From IMG/VR virus record IMGVR_UViG_3300020190_000031: a stretch of 25,072 bases of DNA; one strand, 5' to 3'. Positions 1 to 7,199 of this stretch are shown piece after piece. Numbering within the stretch: the first letter of the stretch is position 1; every line of letters starts with the position of its first letter. Position numbers and translations under genes: made by a program. This DNA is from an uncultured virus (IMG/VR IMGVR_UViG_3300020190_000031). Its lineage: Duplodnaviria; Heunggongvirae; Uroviricota; Caudoviricetes. Below the pieces are notes generated by a model that did not search any database, was not told the origin of the DNA, and saw only the letters and a list, made by a program, of their open reading frames with translations.

Positions 1-2
1 AA

Positions 3-365
3 TCCGGTATTGCGATCAATGATAGCTTAATCAATAAACCGTTGGGGGCCAGTGAGATTGCCCAATTGGTCAACCTGTTCTCTCAAGGCATTCTTTCCAA
101 AAGGACAATTCTTGACGAACTGCAACGTGGAGGTATTCTTGATCCTGATTTAAAAATTGACGAAGAAATTGCCAGGACGGAAGAGGATCGTCAAGAAATT
201 TTAAATCAGTCAATCGAAGAAACCATTAAAAAACAGGAAACTTTCGGGTTATCACAACAAGATTCTGATGATAACCTCACCAACAACAATCAAAATCAAC
301 GGGATTCTATAGAGAATCCGCAATCTCCCAAAAACTTACAATCAGCCGCTCAAAGGGCTCAATAA
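3..365 (+). CDS. C-terminal part of probable phage portal protein (DUF4055-like), 5'-truncated by window
   Basis: Frame is open from position 3. LFSQGILSKRTILDELQRGGILDP..DEE resembles C-termini of DUF4055-type portals and is followed by a polar low-complexity tail. Family recalled from memory. Confidence 0.55.
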   Translation, partial: SGIAINDSLINKPLGASEIAQLVNLFSQGILSKRTILDELQRGGILDPDLKIDEEIARTEEDRQEILNQSIEETIKKQETFGLSQQDSDDNLTNNNQNQRDSIENPQSPKNLQSAAQRAQ

Positions 366-396
366 AAGCATAGATTGTAGTAACTAATGTCAGATC

Positions 397-594
397 ATGG
401 TTTTAGCACGTTTTGAATTTTACCCAGACAAGGCAGAACAGTTTGCCTGGCACAGTGGGCAACAGATTGTTGAGGTTTTGTTCGATAATGTATTTGACCT
501 GATTAAAACCTGTCAAGAATATGAAGATGCGATTGCAAATTGCACTGCTATGATGGATGGTCAAATTATCGACTTACGAGCATTTTCTGCTTGA
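397..594 (+). CDS. hypothetical protein
   Basis: 65-aa ATG ORF; stop overlaps the next start (TTGA). Confidence 0.6.
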   Translation: MVLARFEFYPDKAEQFAWHSGQQIVEVLFDNVFDLIKTCQEYEDAIANCTAMMDGQIIDLRAFSA

Positions 595-977
595 AACACC
601 CATTGCAAAATGGTAAATTTTACCGTTCCTATGGTGGATCTTTCGCCTATCAAATCATAGCGCCAGTTTGCCGTTTGTACGATCGGGAAGAACTGCCTTG
701 GCCCTCTTGTTCGACTGCTTGGAGAGGTAAGCAACCAAGCTGGAATCGTATAGGAGTGCGATTTGTCCCCGACCTAACAGCTTCGAGGTGTCCTTCATAT
801 GTAGTGCATGGGAGCGATTTGCAAGGAGCGGGCTGGACTCAAATTTTAACATTTTACTGGGTTCGTCTTGACGACAAAACAAAACAATGGTGGTATTATA
901 AGGGTCCAAGGTCAAAAGAGCCGCCAACCCATCCATGGGAAACAAACTTGAACCTGGATTCTGGAGTAGAGTCTTAA
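591..977 (+). CDS. hypothetical protein (Trp-rich)
   Basis: Part of ORF 540..977; TTG at 591 overlaps the upstream stop, suggesting translational coupling. Confidence 0.6.
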   Translation: MKHPLQNGKFYRSYGGSFAYQIIAPVCRLYDREELPWPSCSTAWRGKQPSWNRIGVRFVPDLTASRCPSYVVHGSDLQGAGWTQILTFYWVRLDDKTKQWWYYKGPRSKEPPTHPWETNLNLDSGVES

Positions 978-1117
978 ACGAAAAAGGGCTCGAAAGCCCT
1001 GGCCGCGACAAAGCCGTCGAGGATACTCTTCTTTATATACAAAATAAAAAACAAGCGAAAGATGATACAAGAAGGGAAAAAACTGAGAAAAAACAAACTC
1101 GGAAAAAAAAGAAATGA
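935..1117 (+). CDS. small hypothetical protein with basic C-terminus
   Basis: WSRVLNEKGLESPGR resembles a small cyanophage hypothetical family; K-rich tail. Confidence 0.55.
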   Translation: MGNKLEPGFWSRVLNEKGLESPGRDKAVEDTLLYIQNKKQAKDDTRREKTEKKQTRKKKK

Positions 1118-1172
1118 TCCCATTCAGTGCAGTTGTTTTTGCTTTAAAATGGAGGCATTATAAAGCATTAAA

Positions 1173-1400
1173 ATGGAAGATTTTAAAAAGGTTCAAAGTA
1201 ACGCTTATGGTGAAGCAACAAAGAAACTTTCTACAATTGCGAATCTTACGCCCATGAAAGCATTTCTCTTTTCTGTAGTTGCTTTTGGCGTATACGGATC
1301 CTTATTTTCATTGTTCGCTTGGCTAATATCAACAATGTTTGGCCAGCCCTTTTGGGCCTGCCTAGGACTTGTCTTTTTAATGAGATTGTGCTTAACTTGA
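1173..1400 (+). CDS. small membrane protein
   Basis: Two hydrophobic segments in the C-terminal half. Confidence 0.6.
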   Translation: MEDFKKVQSNAYGEATKKLSTIANLTPMKAFLFSVVAFGVYGSLFSLFAWLISTMFGQPFWACLGLVFLMRLCLT

Positions 1401-1408
1401 CAAACTAC

Positions 1409-1481
1409 GGGCGCGTAGCATAATGGATAATGCAGCATCCTTCTAAGATGCCTCATGGGGGTTCGAGTCCCTCCGCGCCTG
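1409..1481 (+). tRNA. trnR: tRNA-Arg(TCT)
   Basis: Acceptor GGGCGCG/CGCGCCT, D-arm GCAT/ATGC, anticodon arm GCATC-CTTCTAA-GATGC, T-arm GGGGG-TTCGAGT-CCCTC, discriminator G. Confidence 0.95.
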
Positions 1482-1484
1482 CCT

Positions 1485-1557
1485 GCTCCCTTAGCAATCT
1501 GGTGAATGCAGCGGACTCATAATCCGCCTTAGGCGAGTTCGATCCTCGCAGGGAGCA
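1485..1557 (+). tRNA. tRNA with CAT anticodon, most likely tRNA-Ile2 (lysidine-modified, reads AUA); elongator Met not excluded
   Basis: Acceptor GCTCCCT/AGGGAGC, anticodon arm GCGGA-CTCATAA-TCCGC, T-arm GCGAG-TTCGATC-CTCGC. G1-C72 is paired, so not an initiator. C4-G69 and C5-G68 match E. coli Ile2. Confidence 0.9.
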
Positions 1558-1563
1558 CCTTAG

Positions 1564-1636
1564 GCCCGAGTAGCCCAGCGGAAGAGGCAAACGACTTAAA
1601 ATCGTTTCAGCGTGAGTTCAAGTCTCACCTCGGGTA
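1564..1636 (+). tRNA. trnL: tRNA-Leu(TAA) with short variable loop
   Basis: Acceptor GCCCGAG/CTCGGGT, anticodon arm AACGA-CTTAAAA-TCGTT, 5-nt variable loop TCAGC, T-arm GTGAG-TTCAAGT-CTCAC, discriminator A. Confidence 0.9.
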
Positions 1637-1688
1637 TTGAATCATATGATGTTTATACCGCTAAACTGGACCGAGTGACCTTACAGTT

Positions 1689-1865
1689 ATGGAATGCATT
1701 AAATGTGGTTCAATTAGCAATTTAGTTGGGTCTGAATCGCTTAATGTCACCATTAGAAGGATCAGGGTTTGTCCCAAGTGTGGCCATAAATTTTTAACAT
1801 ACGAGATTCCGCAAGTGGATTTGGGACGTGCTGAAGCATTTGTCAGGACTGGACACACCCGGTAA
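1689..1865 (+). CDS. NrdR N-terminal-like zinc-ribbon protein (58 aa, no ATP-cone)
   Basis: Hand translation, not in the ORF track: MECIKCGS...IRRIRVCPKCGHKFLTYEIPQ... matches the NrdR CxxC...IRRRRxCxxCGxxFxTYE pattern. Confidence 0.75.
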   Translation: MECIKCGSISNLVGSESLNVTIRRIRVCPKCGHKFLTYEIPQVDLGRAEAFVRTGHTR

Positions 1866-1869
1866 ACTA
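1861..1869 (+). promoter_or_regulatory. putative phage late-promoter motif GGnAnnCTA (GGTAAACTA)
   Basis: The same motif precedes six other genes at 16-20 nt. Here it lies 5 nt before the first leader hairpin. Confidence 0.5.
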
Positions 1870-1874
1870 CACAA

Positions 1875-1938
1875 AGCAGTTGCTTAGCCGACTGCTCGGG
1901 CTTTGCCCGCTCTGGCATTGGAGGTCAATGTCGTTGAG
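1875..1938 (+). ncRNA. candidate structured cis-regulatory leader RNA (3 hairpins plus pseudoknot)
   Basis: Stems AGCAGTTG/CGACTGCT, CGGGC/GCCCG and GGCATTG/CAATGTC. Loop CTTAGC (1883-1888) can pair with GTTGAG (1933-1938). Confidence 0.5.
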
Positions 1939-1952
1939 TTCTGTTTTTATTA

Positions 1953-2324
1953 TTGATTAAAAAAATTTGCACTGCTGCGGCCCTGATTGGTTGCTCTTTC
2001 ACGGCTGCAGTAGAACCGGCTTATGCCGAAAGCCTGGGCTGTTCCTACGCTACTCATTACGGCGTAGGGGATGGTTACCACGGAAAGCGAACGGCCAGTG
2101 GCGAGAGGTTTGATGCTTACGCACTAACAGCAGCGCATCGACACTTGCCTTTTGGAACGAAGCTAAAAATTACAGATCAACTTACCAAAAGGTCAGTGGT
2201 CATTCGTATTAATGATCGAGGTCCATTTACACAGGAACGCACCCTCGATCTGAGCTACGGATCCTTCGCCTCAATAACAAGACCATCAAGGGGCATAACA
2301 GAAATTTGTATTGCAAAGATTTGA
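1953..2324 (+). CDS. rlpA: RlpA-family lytic transglycosylase (double-psi beta-barrel) with signal peptide
   Basis: YHGKRTASGERFD..ALTAAHRHLPFGTKLKI...VVIRINDRGPF...LDLS hallmark motifs; N-terminal signal peptide ending AYA; TTG start. Confidence 0.92.
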   Translation: MIKKICTAAALIGCSFTAAVEPAYAESLGCSYATHYGVGDGYHGKRTASGERFDAYALTAAHRHLPFGTKLKITDQLTKRSVVIRINDRGPFTQERTLDLSYGSFASITRPSRGITEICIAKI

Positions 2325-2335
2325 AATTGAGTTTT

Positions 2336-2368
2336 GGGAGCTATAATTATGTAGCTCCCTCTTTTTTT
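2336..2368 (+). terminator. intrinsic terminator after rlpA
   Basis: GGGAGCTA-N8-TAGCTCCC followed by TCTTTTTTT. Confidence 0.75.
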
Positions 2369-2884
2369 ATGATTTTTTGCTTATCTGAACAAGAAAGAGC
2401 TTTGGCCCTTAGTGAGGCTCTAAGGCGTCAAATGGTGAATGAGCAGCTTATGCTGACAGGACGCAATGGGGGGGCTTCTACGGGTGAACTAGCGCTTTTT
2501 TACCACAAGATTGGTGCTGCTGGTGAAGTGGCTGTTGCATCATATCTTGGCTTGAAGGGTCATTTGTTTAAAGATAAAAATCCCACAAGACATTCATATG
2601 ATTTACCACACAAAATTGACGTAAAAACCAGGGCAAAGCATAGTTATGATTTGATCGTGCAGCTTGATGACAAGAGAGACAAAGTTTACTGGTTGGTCAC
2701 AATAGAAAACAGGGAAATTCGGATCCAAGGGTGGATACCGCATGTAGAATGCGCCAAAGCAGAGTATGTAAAAGATCCTGCCGGAGGTCGCAGGGCCTAT
2801 TTTGTGCCACAAAAAGCCCTTTATTCACCAGAATCATCGACTTTGTGGGTCAGTAGACTGAACAGATTGACAACTGAGGCGTGA
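2369..2884 (+). CDS. phage protein with PD-(D/E)XK nuclease-like motif
   Basis: GAAGEVAVASYLG...DLPHKIDVKTR fits the E..D..DVK pattern; ATG at 2369 follows the terminator. Confidence 0.55.
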   Translation: MIFCLSEQERALALSEALRRQMVNEQLMLTGRNGGASTGELALFYHKIGAAGEVAVASYLGLKGHLFKDKNPTRHSYDLPHKIDVKTRAKHSYDLIVQLDDKRDKVYWLVTIENREIRIQGWIPHVECAKAEYVKDPAGGRRAYFVPQKALYSPESSTLWVSRLNRLTTEA

Positions 2885-2919
2885 CGTGCTATAGTTGAAA
2901 TGTTTTCAAGGGAGAACCC

Positions 2920-3423
2920 ATGCGTTCCAACAGAATGCACACCCAAAGGGCGGTCGACGCCTTACATAAATACCTCGATGGCAAACGATTCCCTCCAATG
3001 GTGTCGGCTGATACAAAGGCAGAGATCTTGGTGGATGACCATGGCAACGACCAGGGAATGCTTTTCTCTTTGTACGATCGTCCGATTATGAAGATTTTTA
3101 AAACCAAGCAAAAGATCAGTGATATTTATGTCTTCTCAGGATTCTATTATGATATTGATGGCAACCCAACCAAAACAACAAGGGAAAGATTAAACGGACT
3201 ACTTGATGCGCTGGGTACAGAAAAGATCATACCCTGTGGCGTTCGAGTTATAATCGATAGAGAATATAGCATGGTATATTTAAACCATAATGACAACAAG
3301 ATTGCATTAAACAAAAATTACTGTGATGCAATTGGGATTATCCCTGATCCCATTCAGTTGCGTTTTGGCGAACTGGATCCGACAAGAGATGAAAAGGATA
3401 AAAGCATTATTTTCATAAAATAA
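2920..3423 (+). CDS. hypothetical protein
   Basis: 167-aa ORF; TKTTRERLNGLL recalls the TTKSRLNAL phage hypothetical family. Confidence 0.65.
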   Translation: MRSNRMHTQRAVDALHKYLDGKRFPPMVSADTKAEILVDDHGNDQGMLFSLYDRPIMKIFKTKQKISDIYVFSGFYYDIDGNPTKTTRERLNGLLDALGTEKIIPCGVRVIIDREYSMVYLNHNDNKIALNKNYCDAIGIIPDPIQLRFGELDPTRDEKDKSIIFIK

Positions 3424-3432
3424 GGTAGCCTA
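3424..3432 (+). promoter_or_regulatory. GGnAnnCTA motif (GGTAGCCTA)
   Basis: 20 nt upstream of ATG 3453. Confidence 0.5.
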
Positions 3433-3452
3433 GCGTAGTTGTTATTTTCCCA

Positions 3453-3611
3453 ATGGCTAAGCCGGGTTTATACGCCAATATCCAAGCCAAGCGTGAGCGA
3501 ATTAAGGCTGGCAGCGAAGAACGGATGCGTAAACCAGGGGCCAAGGGGGCTCCAAGTGCGGCAGACTTCAGAGCTGCGGCCAAAACAGCCAAGAAGAGGA
3601 AAAAGAATTGA
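3453..3611 (+). CDS. small basic phage protein (52 aa)
   Basis: Hand translation MAKPGLYANIQAKRERIKAGSEERMRKPGAKGAPSAADFRAAAKTAKKRKKN; a widespread aquatic phage family, recalled from memory. Confidence 0.85.
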   Translation: MAKPGLYANIQAKRERIKAGSEERMRKPGAKGAPSAADFRAAAKTAKKRKKN

Positions 3612-3622
3612 AAAATAAAAAA

Positions 3623-3754
3623 ATGACAACCGCCGAAAAGTACGCTTCTTTAATGAAGCAAACAGAACAAGCGGGGATGTCTGTCAGGGAAAAAGCTGGC
3701 AAGCTAGTTGTATCTCGTAAGAAAAATGGCAAGCAAAAAAGACCCAAGACTTGA
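3623..3754 (+). CDS. small basic hypothetical protein (43 aa)
   Basis: Hand translation MTTAEKYASLMKQTEQAGMSVREKAGKLVVSRKKNGKQKRPKT. An in-frame TTG at 3608 overlaps the upstream stop. Confidence 0.6.
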   Translation: MTTAEKYASLMKQTEQAGMSVREKAGKLVVSRKKNGKQKRPKT

Positions 3755-4013
3755 GCGGGCTGGGGTTGAGGGATACAATAAACCTAAAAGAACTCCCAGC
3801 CATCCAACCAAAAGCCATGTGGTTGTTGCCAAAGAAGGCAACAAGGTCAAGACTATTCGTTTTGGCCAGCAGGGTGTCTCTGGTTCACCGGCGAGGCAAG
3901 GCGAATCCGCTGCTGACAAGACAAGGAGAGCATCATTCAAGGCTCGTCATGCCCAAAATATTGCACAAGGCAAGATGTCCGCCGCCTATTGGGCTGATCG
4001 CGTCAAGTGGTAG
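3726..4013 (+). CDS. basic phage protein (DUF6321/DUF5754-like)
   Basis: GYNKPKRTPSHPTKSHVVVAKEG..VKTIRFGQQG...RRASFKARH...SAAYWA..VKW motif; GGCAAGCTA lies 19 nt before ATG 3726. Confidence 0.8.
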   Translation: MASKKDPRLERAGVEGYNKPKRTPSHPTKSHVVVAKEGNKVKTIRFGQQGVSGSPARQGESAADKTRRASFKARHAQNIAQGKMSAAYWADRVKW

Positions 4014-4268
4014 TTATTCTGCGTTTCTGCTAAGAGATATCAATGTTGTCAATAATCCCATTAAAACAGCAATAGATCTGGTATCGGCGTCTGTACAACC
4101 CATTGGGCTGGGATCAATTTTTTCCGATTGGTCTGTACCAATATATTTGGCATACCAAGGCCAAACAGTTGGCAACACATAAAACCTGCATGATGCCCAT
4201 TGCAGTGTCGTAATCAAAGCAATAATTGTTGATAATCCAACAATTGATTTCCAAAGCCAAGCCGGCAC
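4014..4268 (-). CDS. small two-TM membrane protein
   Basis: Hydrophobic segments at both ends; GTG start preceded by GGGAAACTA at 20 nt; stop abuts the stop of the upstream plus-strand gene. Confidence 0.65.
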   Translation of the reverse strand: MPAWLWKSIVGLSTIIALITTLQWASCRFYVLPTVWPWYAKYIGTDQSEKIDPSPMGCTDADTRSIAVLMGLLTTLISLSRNAE

Positions 4269-4328
4269 AGTGCATCCCTAAGCTAGAGTAGTTTCCCCAC
4301 GGAATACTTTTTTTGTTTCTTATTGACC

Positions 4329-4430
4329 ATGGATTTGCCTTGGGGTATAATTACAGGACTTTCGATCATTCTTGCAGGGGTGATTGTTTGCATTGTTTAT
4401 ATTTTGATGCTTGATTTTTTAGAAAAATGA
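4329..4430 (+). CDS. small single-TM protein (33 aa)
   Basis: Hand translation MDLPWGIITGLSIILAGVIVCIVYILMLDFLEK; ATGA overlap with the next gene. Confidence 0.6.
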   Translation: MDLPWGIITGLSIILAGVIVCIVYILMLDFLEK

Positions 4431-4609
4431 CAACAAAAGAAGAAGCCTATGACAAATTGTTTCATGGTAAATCAAATATTTTGCAGGGTGAGCTGGGCAG
4501 CGCCAGGGCTGACGGCTCAGAAGATGAAAAAAATTTTACAGAGTACGTCAAGGCAAGACCAATAAATGATTGGGAGCTTGACATCTCCATGTCATGGCCG
4601 TATAATTAA
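4427..4609 (+). CDS. hypothetical protein
   Basis: 60-aa ORF coupled to the upstream stop. Confidence 0.55.
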   Translation: MTTKEEAYDKLFHGKSNILQGELGSARADGSEDEKNFTEYVKARPINDWELDISMSWPYN

Positions 4610-4725
4610 GATGTCCTAAAGATAATTTATGACTTTTGATTTGGCCTGCTGTCTTGACAGTGGCTGCCCTGCAAGGGAAAACTGCTTAAGATGGACTCTT
4701 AAAACTGATAGCCCGTACCAATGGT

Positions 4726-4998
4726 ATGCTAATTTTCGGAGAGGCAATGAGGAATCATGTCAGTATCAGCTACCGTTGCTACAACATGAACCACGTTCTT
4801 CGCGATAGGATTGCCAGGAAAATGTGGGAAATGTGGAGCGATGCAAACAAACCTCATTTAGATGGTTACAACTGCCCAAAGGAATTTTATCTTATGGCTG
4901 AAATAGCAATGAAATGTGTATGCAAAGAATTGGATGACATGATACTTGATTTGATTAAAAACCGATTGGAAAAACTTGTTAAAGAAGATGAATCCTGA
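4726..4998 (+). CDS. hypothetical protein (start uncertain: 4726, 4747 or 4786)
   Basis: First ORF of a run of overlapping plus-strand genes. Confidence 0.55.
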   Translation: MLIFGEAMRNHVSISYRCYNMNHVLRDRIARKMWEMWSDANKPHLDGYNCPKEFYLMAEIAMKCVCKELDDMILDLIKNRLEKLVKEDES

Positions 4999-5407
4999 AA
5001 CTAAGCTTACAAGCTTCGAAGATCTTTGTGAAATCATCTCCAAGGAATTAGCTTATTTTAATGACGGGATTGAAAATACGTCAGACGAATATCGAGCCGA
5101 AAGCGTAGCTATTGCTACCTGCGTTAAGAAGCACATCTATGAGTTGCTACATTCGGCTCCTGCCTCTACCTTACGTCAAGACCTGAAAAAAATTTTTAAT
5201 TTTCAGGCCAATTCTCAACCTTCCCAAAATGATCTTCAACCAAAGATTTTTGATCAAAGCATCCGAAGGGTATTTGACTCAGGACGCAAAATACGTCGCA
5301 GATCCTCTGCAGGCAGCGATGTATGTTACAGAGCAGACAGCCATCAGAGCCTGGCAAAGCCTCAATTCAAAAAGTTCAAAATTAAACGCAGAGTTGGTGA
5401 TTATTGA
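4988..5407 (+). CDS. hypothetical protein
   Basis: ATG overlaps the end of the upstream gene; C-terminal third overlaps ORF 5229..5450. Confidence 0.5.
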   Translation: MNPETKLTSFEDLCEIISKELAYFNDGIENTSDEYRAESVAIATCVKKHIYELLHSAPASTLRQDLKKIFNFQANSQPSQNDLQPKIFDQSIRRVFDSGRKIRRRSSAGSDVCYRADSHQSLAKPQFKKFKIKRRVGDY

Positions 5408-5450
5408 AGTCCCCCGCGAAGCCTGCAAATGGGCCAAAATGTCAGCATGA
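5229..5450 (+). CDS. hypothetical protein
   Basis: Protein-like 73 aa; ATGA coupling to the 5447 gene. Confidence 0.55.
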   Translation: MIFNQRFLIKASEGYLTQDAKYVADPLQAAMYVTEQTAIRAWQSLNSKSSKLNAELVIIEVPREACKWAKMSA

Positions 5451-5617
5451 AGAATAAATCACTATGTATAGCTTTTGTTGCTGGTTTTTTAGCAGTATCC
5501 GGCATGCATTTTGCTGAGATTCATCATAAAGATGATTCACATGAGAAATTCATGATTAGATATTGCAAAATAGCATCAGAACCAATCCCTTCTTTCTGTA
5601 AAAAATATGTTAACTGA
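5447..5617 (+). CDS. small membrane-anchored hypothetical protein
   Basis: N-terminal hydrophobic helix (SLCIAFVAGFLAVSG). Confidence 0.5.
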   Translation: MKNKSLCIAFVAGFLAVSGMHFAEIHHKDDSHEKFMIRYCKIASEPIPSFCKKYVN

Positions 5618-5906
5618 GCAGCACCTTATTAATCAATGGCTTCAGCTCAAATCTCAGTTTTCAGAATCCTCAACGGAGGAACTGGTTCCCCTGTTTGCGA
5701 TTGAAATTTTAAGAAAATATGGATGGCCTTATAAGCCTTCTAAGATTCAAGATTCTTTGCCACCTCTGAACCAAACATTTTTAGGCTACTACCCAGAGGT
5801 TGGCTGGTTACTTGATTTTTGGCGACCCGATTATGTACCGCTAGACATTGACACACCTACACATTGGCTGTCAATGAATGTATTGCCCAACCCCTCTTTT
5901 TTATGA
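5607..5906 (+). CDS. hypothetical protein with DUF551-like C-terminus
   Basis: LPP...PTHWLS..LPNP motif. Confidence 0.55.
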   Translation: MLTEQHLINQWLQLKSQFSESSTEELVPLFAIEILRKYGWPYKPSKIQDSLPPLNQTFLGYYPEVGWLLDFWRPDYVPLDIDTPTHWLSMNVLPNPSFL

Positions 5907-6130
5907 CTTTACCAAGTCCGGGCTCTGCTTTTGCGGTCAAAATTGGCTGCACTTGCCCAATTCGTGAAAATCATTATGGTGCCGGGGCATATGGCGAAAA
6001 AAATTTATTTTTTATTAACCATCTTTGCCCAATTCATGGCATATTCGCTTCGCGACATGGCTTGCAAAATTTTGCAGGCCTGCTAAATTTTGACCAGCAG
6101 CAAGGCTGCAAAACTTACGCAAAACCATGA
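5903..6130 (+). CDS. small Cys/His-rich putative metal-binding phage protein
   Basis: PSPGS..A...GCTCP..N..G.G...CPIHG motif; ATGA overlaps at both ends. Confidence 0.7.
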   Translation: MTLPSPGSAFAVKIGCTCPIRENHYGAGAYGEKNLFFINHLCPIHGIFASRHGLQNFAGLLNFDQQQGCKTYAKP

Positions 6131-6579
6131 ACTCCTTCCAGTTTTCAAAAGTAAATCTGCTCGAAATGAGCAAAGGCGATATGCCTCATTTTTTCGTTCA
6201 TGATGGTTTTTTAACCATCACAGCTAAGCGCCAAAATGAAACTATTATGATCAAAATGCCATTTGATCCTAAATGTTTTACATTCTCAAAAGTAGTTGAG
6301 CTACCGCAAAGGCCAGCTATTGACATCAAAAAAGCTACGGATGCTCCGAAACGGCGTAATAGATCTAGTGCCAGCATTCGCAGGGGTGATAGCCATCCTT
6401 TTTCTTTACTTACTGAACGTAAGGTCAGAGAAATCAAAGAGCGCTTGAGTAGTAAAGTTTTTATGGCGCAATTTCGGTGTGTTTCGGCGGCGTATGATGC
6501 CATTGGCAAAGAATATAATGTATCAGGGGCGTGCATTTCGCATATTAATGCTCAACGAACGTGGAGGCACGTTGTGTAA
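6127..6579 (+). CDS. protein with C-terminal HTH-like DNA-binding module of the type fused to HNH endonucleases
   Basis: RGDSHPFSLLTERKVREIK...IGKEYNVSGACISHINAQRTWRHV; no HNH catalytic motif seen. Confidence 0.65.
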   Translation: MNSFQFSKVNLLEMSKGDMPHFFVHDGFLTITAKRQNETIMIKMPFDPKCFTFSKVVELPQRPAIDIKKATDAPKRRNRSSASIRRGDSHPFSLLTERKVREIKERLSSKVFMAQFRCVSAAYDAIGKEYNVSGACISHINAQRTWRHVV

Positions 6580-6587
6580 TTATTGAG

Positions 6588-6610
6588 GCCACCGATCAGG
6601 TGGCTTTTTT
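6588..6610 (+). terminator. intrinsic terminator
   Basis: GCCACC-GATCA-GGTGGC-TTTTTT just after the stop. Confidence 0.8.
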
Positions 6611-6803
6611 ATTGTTACCTTTATAGGTTAAGGACTTATAAAGGCCCTGCCATATTGTTGTTATCGAAACTCATTTTTCGCAATTTATGTTTAATACTCC
6701 TAAAGCATAAAAAGAGGGCAAATCCGTCAAAAATCTGAATTTTATTACCGCTCGGTGTATGGCACTAAATAGCTAGATATACTGCCTTTGAATCCATAAA
6801 AAT

Positions 6804-7199
6804 ATGGACCTAACCAAGTCTGCCAGGCGCCTCTACAAACCATCTGAATTGCAGGAGAAAGAATTGATAGCATACAATATGCTGATGAGGGCGCGTAAAA
6901 GAGCAAAAAGGGAGGGCTATGCCTGTACCATTGGGTTAGAAGATATTATAGTACCCGAAGCTTGTCCGATTACAGGTGAGATTTTGGTGGCTCATAAGGG
7001 TAGATTTTTTCATAACTCGCCAACTTTGGATAAAATTATTCCAGAATTGGGCTACATTCCTGGCAACGTTGCAGTTATCAGTTTTGCAGCGAACAATATG
7101 AAATCAGGATATTCGTTTGATGATTTAAGATTTTACTGTTTAAATATGATCGAATGGATTGATGATTACCATTCCTTAAAAGCCCCCAGACGGAATTGA
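6804..7199 (+). CDS. HNH-superfamily (His-Me finger-like) endonuclease
   Basis: RARKRAK...CPITG...SPTLDKIIPELGYIPGNVAVISFAANNMK matches the common phage SPSLDRI..GY..GNV..IS..AN..K family. Confidence 0.75.
   Translation: MDLTKSARRLYKPSELQEKELIAYNMLMRARKRAKREGYACTIGLEDIIVPEACPITGEILVAHKGRFFHNSPTLDKIIPELGYIPGNVAVISFAANNMKSGYSFDDLRFYCLNMIEWIDDYHSLKAPRRN

Noticed and set aside
1485..1557. Initiator tRNA-fMet
   Set aside because: The 1-72 pair is intact and the three consecutive G-C pairs at the end of the anticodon stem are absent.
1637..1690. Theta/HDV-like ribozyme after the tRNA cluster
   Set aside because: No nested double-pseudoknot pairing could be drawn in the short AT-rich spacer.
1661..1918. 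Minus-strand ORF, and similar antisense or nested ORFs in the track (e.g. 655..1011, 1205..1456, 3751..4182, 7578..7883, those inside 8264..17966 and 22863..24747)
   Set aside because: Shadow frames of better-supported genes or tRNAs, with no recognisable motifs.
4654..4683. sigma70 promoter at TTGACA 4654
   Set aside because: The -10 match at 17-18 nt spacing is poor (GAAAAC/AAAACT); left uncalled.
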